A stretch of DNA of 64,000 nt from Piromyces finnis finn (lineage: Eukaryota; Fungi; Neocallimastigomycota): positions 124,001 to 188,000 of the forward strand of contig MCFH01000045.1 in NCBI GenBank assembly GCA_002104945.1, given 5' to 3'. The notes beneath the pieces were generated by a model, which saw only the letters and a list, made by a program, of their open reading frames with translations, was not told the origin of the DNA and did not search any database. Below are positions 55,719 through 64,000 of this stretch, piece after piece (position 1 is the stretch's first letter; each line of letters begins with the position of its first letter). The translations under genes were made by a program, and so were the position numbers.

Positions 55719-56658
55719 GAGTACCAACAATAATAAAGAAAGATGATATATTGCGTTGTATCTATCAAAAAAAAAAAAAAAAAAAATAAAAGTACAATTT
55801 AATTTTTTTTTTATATAAATTTAGAAGAAGAAGAAAAAAAGATAATTTAAAAATAAAATTATACTTTTTTTTTTGATATATATATTAGACTGTATTTTTG
55901 AAAGTTATATCCTGTTACTACATTTTTTTTTTATTAACCAAAGATTGAATCATATTCTTTTAATAGAATGATTTTAATAATAAATTAATATCAAATTAAA
56001 AATCACTATCAGAATCAAAAATATATATACATAAATAGTTTATAAAAAAAAAAAATTTTTTTTATTACATTTTTTAAGATAAATCCATCATTTAAATAGA
56101 ATACCCAAGTTAAAAGTTTAAATATATATATATATTTTTTCTTTCTTTACCATTTTTATTTACAATGTTTTATATTTCTTATTCTTTCCAATTATATATG
56201 TATAATATCCTCATTAATAAATATTTAATTGTAAAAAAAAAAAAAAAAAAAAAACATAAAGAAATAAAAATAAAATTTTTTCATAGATTTTATAAAAATC
56301 AAGACACAGAAAAAAAAAAAAAAAAAGCTTAATATTACTACTTTTTTTTTTTTACTATTTTTTTTTTTTTAAAATATTTATATTTGGCTTTTATTTTTAA
56401 AAAATTGTATTAAAAATTTTACTTATTATTATTAATACTTTTTTTTTAGTTTTTTTTTTTTTCTGATTATTTTTAATTTTTTTAAATTAAATATGTTCTT
56501 TTAAATTTTTTTTTCTTTTATTTATTTTTTACAGAACTTTCAAAAAAATCTAATATTCTTTTTACCATATTTAAATTAAATAAAAATATAATTTTTTTAA
56601 TTTTAATTTTTTTTTTTTTTTGTTTAAATATTATATTTCTTTTAAAAGTTTAATCTAT

Positions 56659-58972
56659 TTAAAGTTCATCTTTTTTTTCTTCCTTTTTTTCTTCCTTTTT
56701 TTCTTCCTTCTTTTCTTCCTTCTTTTCTTCTTCCTTGCTTTCTTCATTATCTTCTTCACCATTGCTTTCTTCTTCTTCTTCTTCCTTCTTTTCAAAGGTA
56801 ATATCATTACTACATTAAATTTATTATTATTTTAAAAATGTATTTATTTAATAAGTCTTAAAAAAAAATTTAAAATATTTTAATATAAAATAAATAATAT
56901 TAAATAAGTCTTACAGAGAATATTGAGAAATGAAATCAATGTAATCACTCTTGTAGTAATCATTGGTTGGGTAAAGGACTGGTTCATTCTTTCTGTTGGC
57001 ACGGAATAAAACCATAGTTGGGAAACCTATTAAAGTATTATTAAAAAAAAATTATATTAAAAAAAATTATGGTAATATTATATTATAAAAAAAAAGGGAA
57101 TATTGAAAAATTACTTACCATCAATCTTGTTGAATGGTGACTTTCCTGGAATATCGTTTAAGGTGGCATCAATATAAGCAATAGTAATCTTATCCTTTGG
57201 TTCAGCTTCAGCAGCAATTTCTCTTAAAATTGGAAGAGACTAATGATTTCATTTTAAATAAAATAAAATGAATACATTAAAGAAACAAGTAAAAAAAAAA
57301 AAAATTATATATTATGTTAAATAAAAATCATTTAAAGTATTACTTAAAAACAACTTTATACTTACTTCACGACATGGTTTACAGTATTCGGCGTAGAATA
57401 AGACAAAGACATCCTTAGTGATATCAAGAGCAACTTCTTCGAAGGTGTAAGCATTCATTCTAATAAGGTAATCATTTGGCTTACGTGGTTCAAGGTTTTC
57501 ACTGTGGTAGAATGATTTAATCTTTCCATCGAAGTAATCATTAATAAACTTTTGAATGAATTCCTTATCGAAACCGTCAGTGCTATCGTAGGAGTACTTT
57601 AACTTTGACTTTGGATCTTGAATAAGAATAGCTGGCCATTTCTTTTCGATACCAAAGTTTTCAACACTTTCACCATACTTTTCAGTATCGACATAGATAA
57701 AGTTCATCTTTAAACGGTATTTACGAGCAATTTCTTCAATATTCTTACCAATGGTATCAATATCTTCTTGTTTTTCGGTAAAGAAGTAGAATAATGGAAT
57801 TTCAAGGTCTAAATAGTTGTTGTAATTAGCTGAAGAAAGGTTATCCATTAATGGTAATTTAGCTGTGTTAATGAAAGTAGTTAAAATATCATCGGTAATT
57901 GGTTCAACTAAAACATCATTCTTTTCAGTATTGAATTTTTTAACGAAAATGGTATTATTTAATTCAACATTATTCTTTTTGGCAAGTTTTTCATCAGTAC
58001 TAAATACGAATTTGTATTCATCACGTAACTTTTGAGAAACTCTGTATAAGGATTGGTATTCATCAGAATCCTTACTCTTAATGAAGGCCAATATAACTTT
58101 GTCATTTTCCTTTTTAATAGTTTCAAGAGTTTCTTCATCAACTTCGGTAAGTGATGGTGAAGTGAAACTATATTTTTATTATAATATAAAGATATACATT
58201 TATTAAAATATTAAATATACCAACAGAAATAATAATATATTTGATATATACATATATCACATAATTTTAATATAATAATATCATTTATATATTTTGATTA
58301 ATCCCATCCATTATTTGATACTAAAATCAGTAAATATATTAAGTCATTTTATTTTACCTGTTAATAAAAGTTTTGAAGTTTTCAGCAGTATCTTCCTTGT
58401 ATCTGAATTCTAAGATATCACCTTCTCTGTGTAATTCAAACTTTGGATATTTATTTACACCATTATTAATACAAATTTCTTGTTCCAATGTACAATCAAC
58501 TTGAGCAAAAATAATTTTACTGTCTTTTAATTCTTCAGCTGCTTTTTCAAATTCAGATTGAACCTCTATTAAATTTTTGGATTAAAAAAATATATTTATT
58601 AAAAAAAAATAATTAATTTGAATATTCTATATTCTATTTTAAATTTTGATTATTTTTATTTTTATTTTTATAATTTTTATTTATTTATTTTACCTCCACA
58701 TTTGCTATACCAAGGAGCACAGTACTAATATTATAAATAAATAATTTATTTTTATATTCATTAATTTTTGAAATATTTAAATCAATACATATTGATGATA
58801 ATAATAAAATATTATAAACTTTTATTTAAAAATAGTATCATACTTTAACGAAGACATTTGGATTACTATCAATAAATGGAAAGAAGTCATCTTCGTTTAA
58901 ATTTTTAATAGTAACAGCACGAGCAGCTGATAAGGTTGTTATAAATAATGATAAAAGACTTAAAGCTTTCAT
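56659..58972 (-). CDS. PDI1: Protein disulfide isomerase (a-b-b'-a') with signal peptide, acidic tail and KDEL
   Basis: Signal peptide MKALSLLSLFITTLSAARA. The a domain reads YCAPWYSKCGEVQSEFEKAAEELKDSKIIFAQVDCT...KYP and the a' domain VFVLFYAEYCKPCRE...IAYIDATLND...GFPT. The last exon ends EEKKEEKKDEL*, stop at 56659-56661. Confidence 0.92.
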
Positions 58973-61175
58973 TTTTACAACTATTTAATTTTTATTATTT
59001 AATTAAAATATTTTTCAATTTCGTTTTTTAAAAAGTTTATCTTTTTATATACAATAAAAAGAGTTATTTAGTATATGTATATTTGGAATAATACATCTAT
59101 TTTATTAAAAATAATATATATAAATTAAAGATAATTTTTCTTATAAAAATATTTACTTTTTTTTTTTTAAATACTTTGGCTTTTGAATACCTGATTTTTC
59201 AAGCCTTTAATAAATAAGTATAAAAAAAGAAATCTATACAAATATATATGATTAGTATTATTTTATCTAATAATTCATAGATATTATATAAATAAGGTAA
59301 TTGACATATTTTAATATATAAATGATAATAATATATTCATTTATTCATTCATTATATAAAATAATGATAATTGAAGGTTTTTTGGGGGAGTTTTCTTGAA
59401 ACTTTATATTTTTAAATTTATTACTTACTTTATTATATTTATAACTTTAATATATATACAAAAAAAAGAAAAAAGAAACTATTTTTTTTTTTTTTTTTTA
59501 ATTTCCCTTTTTTTCTTTTTTTTTTTTTTTTAAATATAATAATAATATTAAAAAGAAGAAAAAAAAAATAAAAATAAAAATAAAAATTAAAAGATTTATA
59601 TAAATTAAAAATTATAATATTATAATTAATTAAATTTTTAATAATAATTAATAATGGAAATATCAACTTTTTTTTTTTTTTTAAAAAATAGACCTATAAA
59701 TATTTAATAATTCGTTGTAATTAGGTAGGATAGGTAGGTATTAAATGTATTAATAAAAATTAGTATAAAATACATACTATGTAAGCATTACAAATACATA
59801 CATACAATACAATTTCTAATATTTATTTATTACATAGATATTTTATACTCTTTATTACTGAAATAGTAATTTGTTTTGAACCATTACTAATCAATGACTT
59901 TTCTTAGTATTATTCTTATGAATCAAATGTAATCCTTGATTTTTGCTTTGTTTCTGATATTTTTCCACTTGTCACATTATATATTAAATTGTTTTAAGTA
60001 TTATGATTCATACATTTACGTAATGTATACACTAATTTTATTTAATATTGTAAATAGAATTTAACCATATTTATGGTAATGGTAAAAAATATAAATATTA
60101 AAAAAGTGATATACATCACAATAAATTAGCCAATGAAATCGTTCCACCGGTTTTTTGTTTGAAATTTTAATACGACCTCACCATCACAATTAAATAATGG
60201 ATTGGGATGACCTTCCTTTAATAAATAATAAAATTTAAAAGTTACTTGATTTTTATAAGGATTTATTATTGAGTGTTTAAAATTTTTTGTTGTACTAAAG
60301 CTTATTGAAGTTTCTAAGTATTATTTTTTAATTTTATATAAAATATAAAAAATACTATTCTAAAGGTTTTTCTTTATATTTGATCAAACATTTTTATAGG
60401 TAAATCTTCTTTCATAATTAAAACACGTGAACAAATGAATATATGGTGATAACGTATATAATTATATGTAAAGAATACATTAAATATTAGAAGATGAAGA
60501 TTTTGTGTAACATATTATTTTCTTATATACAATATTCCAATTTAATAATAAATGAAAAATTTTGGGAAAGTGATGTATTATACACCATATTAATTTTGAT
60601 AATAATATCATTTGAAAATTTCTTATGCTATTGCATTTTACTTATAAAAAACTTTATTAATTGTATATAGGAAATCATTTTATAATTGTTTTTACATTTG
60701 AATAAAAAATCTATTAAGACTATTATAAATATATGTACTCTTTATAACTAAAAATTTGAAGTTTTATATTTTCAATGATTAAAAAAAACTTTTTATTATA
60801 TATCTGTTTTTATTATATAACTCTGAAACTTTAAAAAAGAAAAGTTATTATGAAAAGTATTAATAAAGTTTATCCATTTTCATTCCATAACTAATAACGA
60901 ATCTGTTTTTCATAATAATATACAAAAAATATTTTACTTATTAAATTATGTAAATGAATTAAAAAAAAAATTACAATTTCATTATAATATCTATAATGCA
61001 TTTTAAAATTTTAATTAGAATACTTAACTACAATATAATTTAATTAATTACTGTTTTTAACTCTTTAATTTTTTTTTAATCTTTCATGTTAAAAGGTTTT
61101 ATGTAAATTTCATCCTTTTATCATAAACCTTAACAATGAAATATTTAAATAAATATATTAAGACGTTTTTTTTAT

Positions 61176-61249
61176 TTATTTATTCAACATTATTTCTAAT
61201 GTTGAATAAATAATAAAATGAAATATATATATATTTCATTTTATTATTT
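61176..61249. repeat. Two overlapping inverted repeats: a 17-bp stem with a 4-nt loop (61176-61213) and a perfect 42-bp palindrome (61208-61249)
   Basis: Base-by-base pairing: TTATTTATTCAACATTA-tttc-TAATGTTGAATAAATAA, and AAATAATAAAATGAAATATAT|ATATATTTCATTTTATTATTT. Confidence 0.85.
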
Positions 61250-61499
61250 TATTATTATTAATGATATAAAATAATTAGATATAATGTATATTAATAATTC
61301 ACATTATTTACATTATTTTACAAAATAAATAAATGGGACAAAAAAAAAAAAGCTATTTTAAAAAAATTCAAAAGTATTTTCCTCAAATCTAAAAAACTTT
61401 ATGTAATAAACAAGTATATAAAATTTCTTATAAAAGAAAAATTTAAATAGAGAGTAACTTGTATTACAAAATATATATATATATGAAATATAAAAAAAA

Positions 61500-62249
61500 A
61501 TGCTATTTTTTAAAAAATTGATTATGTTCCCTTTTATATACCAAGGATTTACCCAAGTTATAATGAATGATAGTGAAAGTTGTGAAAATGAACTAAATAA
61601 TTATAACGATTGTTTAAATTTAATTCATAATATTACAAGTTCAACAAATGAATTTAATAATGAAATAATAAATAATATATGTAATACTTTTTATAGAGAG
61701 CAATGTAAATATGTTATAGATGATGTTTTACTTACTAAAACAGATTGTATTAAAGATACTTTTCCTAATGATAATGATATTGATGCAGGACTATTAATTT
61801 TAAATTCAAGAATAATTTATCTAACCTATTGTGCTCTTGATCATCTAGGTAATACTTGTCCTCTTGCTCAATATTTTAAACAACATTTTAATGAATTTGA
61901 AAGTGATAATACCTCTTCAACTACTAATGTATTAATTGCTCTGGAAACTGATTGTAAAGACAAAAGTTGTAATCAAAGAATACATCATTATGAGAAATTA
62001 GTAAATAATCTCAGAGATATCGAAAACACCACCAAAGATACTTATAACAATACCTCGTCTATATTACCTAAAAATGTTAGAGCCTTTTATGAACAATATA
62101 TTAATAATTATAAATCTAATCTTTGTGGTTCTATCGAAGAATATATTGATGATGAAGATTATGCAAAAAAGAAATATAAAATATCCTATTATATATTACT
62201 ATTAACAGTACTATCTTTTATATATACATATAAATATGTTATATATTAA
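61500..62249 (+). CDS. Cys-rich secreted/surface protein with a C-terminal hydrophobic anchor, intronless
   Basis: 249-aa ORF with a hydrophobic N-terminus, 10 spaced cysteines including YCALDHLGNTCP, many N-x-S/T sequons, and a C-terminal hydrophobic stretch ISYYILLLTVLSFIY. Confidence 0.75.
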   Translation: MLFFKKLIMFPFIYQGFTQVIMNDSESCENELNNYNDCLNLIHNITSSTNEFNNEIINNICNTFYREQCKYVIDDVLLTKTDCIKDTFPNDNDIDAGLLILNSRIIYLTYCALDHLGNTCPLAQYFKQHFNEFESDNTSSTTNVLIALETDCKDKSCNQRIHHYEKLVNNLRDIENTTKDTYNNTSSILPKNVRAFYEQYINNYKSNLCGSIEEYIDDEDYAKKKYKISYYILLLTVLSFIYTYKYVIY

Positions 62250-63165
62250 TAATAAATCTTTTTTTTTTTTAATTTAATTTTTAATAGAAAAATTGCAACT
62301 TTATTTCATATAGAAAATCTTTATTTTTTTTTTTTTATTTTTGTATATTTTGTGTAGCAGATAGTTTAGATATTGTTTTTTTTTAAAGTTTAATTATGAT
62401 TGGAAAAAATGTATAGGTTAAAATTCTGGCAGAAGTCGAATTTCTTCTGGCTAAAATCGCCAAAAATCTAGGATTTATATTAAATCATCATATAATTTAA
62501 CAATTTAAATAAATAAAACATTAAATTGTAGTTTTAAAATAAGATATAAAAAGTAGTTTTAAACATAAGAATATTTAATAAAAATATTAAATGTTTTTTT
62601 TTTCATTTATTAATATTCTATAAATATTTTTTCCTTTTTTTATTTAAATATAAAAAGTAATAAATTAAGAAAAGTTTCGGATTTAATAGTTATATTTCAT
62701 TTCATTTAGGATATGAGAAAGACATATAAAAGTATGTTTTTGTTTTTTTTTTTAATATAATATAATTTTAAAAATTGTTCTTAATAGACATTTGTTTATA
62801 AATGTTAAGTAATATAATTGAAATGTTTATCAAATAATTAAAAAAAAAAGTTTCTTAAATTTGCCAAAAGGTTGATATAGAATTTTTTTTTTATATAAAA
62901 AATAGAATCAATATAGATTATGATAATGGGAAAACTTTTTTTTTTTATTTAATAACCATATAATAAATAAGAAATAGTCAAATAATAGTTTATTATAAAG
63001 AATTAAACTTAATTAAATGTTATTAATGAAAAAATTATTTTCAGAATTTTTACAAAAAAAAAAAAAAAGAAAAAAAAAAAAATAGTTGATTATATAATTG
63101 AATAATAAAATACCGATATATTAATTATTTAAAATACAAATAATTTATATAAAAGGATCATAAAA

Positions 63166-63777
63166 TTATTCTACTAAACCTAATTCTAATAATTTTTTAG
63201 AACTTAGTTCAGAAAATGGAATAACAGGATCAGGTATTGATTTATGTTCATTAAGAATTTTTTCCATCCATACCATATGATACCAACAATTGAATTTATA
63301 ACCACATTTATTAAATAAACCTACTAATCTATAACCTAAATGTTCATGAAAATCTTTACTATTATTTGTAAGATATTCATCTTCTTTTTCAGGATATCCA
63401 ATACAAGCATATAAATTCGTTATATTTTGAACTTTTGAAATGTTTTCTATAACTTCATAAAGTCGTCTTCCTAAACCTTTTTTAATAGCATTATTTTTAA
63501 GATAAATCGTGGTTACTGCAGACCAATTATACGCCTCTCTTCCAATAAATGGACTAGTATAGGCATAGCCAATAACCTCATCATTTTCTTCTGCAACAAT
63601 ATAAGGATATTTTTGAAAACCATTGTTCATTTTTTCTTCCATACGTAAACGAAATTCATTCACCGTTGGTACTTTTATTTCAAAAGTAATAGCTGTCTTT
63701 TCAACATAATATTTATAAATTTTTTGAATTGATTCAGCATCTTTTACCGTTGCTTTTCTTATCTTAATACTTGACAT
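63166..63777 (-). CDS. GNAT N-acetyltransferase, phosphinothricin acetyltransferase (Pat/YncA)-like, intronless
   Basis: IRKATVKDAESIQKIYKYYVEKTAITFE, YPYIVAEENDEVIGYAY, AYNWSAVTTIYL, acetyl-CoA loop KKGLGRRLY, NSKDFHEHLGY and GYKFNCWYHMVWMEK. These are hallmark motifs of the bacterial Pat-like GNAT family. Confidence 0.92.
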   Translation of the reverse strand: MSSIKIRKATVKDAESIQKIYKYYVEKTAITFEIKVPTVNEFRLRMEEKMNNGFQKYPYIVAEENDEVIGYAYTSPFIGREAYNWSAVTTIYLKNNAIKKGLGRRLYEVIENISKVQNITNLYACIGYPEKEDEYLTNNSKDFHEHLGYRLVGLFNKCGYKFNCWYHMVWMEKILNEHKSIPDPVIPFSELSSKKLLELGLVE

Positions 63778-63863
63778 TTACCTTGGATATTTTGAATATT
63801 AATTTTTAATTTTAAATAATACGTTTAATATAAAACTTTTTTTTTTTTTAATATTTTAATATA

Positions 63864-63902
<39 letters not shown>

Positions 63903-64000
63903 AAAGGAAAAATAGAGCAATTTATACAATGAAATAAATTAAACTTTAAAATATTAATTTAACCATAAGAAATATAGGTTTAAATTAATACAGAAATCTT

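Noticed and set aside
62410-62475. GC-richer patch with a repeated TTCTGGC motif
   Set aside because: Too short, with no tRNA/snRNA fold or terminal repeats recognisable; cannot be assigned.

Overview
Extremely AT-rich eukaryotic DNA with many short GT-AG introns, long homopolymer and microsatellite tracts, and no prokaryotic operon structure. It is most consistent with an anaerobic gut fungus (Neocallimastigomycota); this is inferred from composition and gene content. From left to right: the 5' two-thirds of an uninterrupted Ty1/copia gag-pol ORF running off the left edge (-); an SGS1/BLM-type RecQ helicase (+); a very large Nup214/Nup159 nucleoporin carrying five RanBP2-type zinc fingers (+); a GRAM-GRAM-TBC-EF-hand Rab GAP (-); APC5 (-); an intronless cytosolic HSP70 (-); MON2 (-); a perfect 7x47-bp minisatellite; a fungal MHR-domain transcription factor with a bZIP-like region and no Zn2Cys6 cluster (+); an ERI1-family DEDDh exonuclease (+); a KDEL-tailed PDI with non-canonical active sites (-); a Cys-rich surface protein (+); and an intronless, bacterial-type GNAT acetyltransferase (-). 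I found no rRNA, tRNA or CRISPR array. The best leads are the zinc-finger-bearing Nup214, the cluster-less transcription factor, the atypical PDI and the probable horizontally acquired GNAT. Exon boundaries were read by hand and are approximate unless stated.
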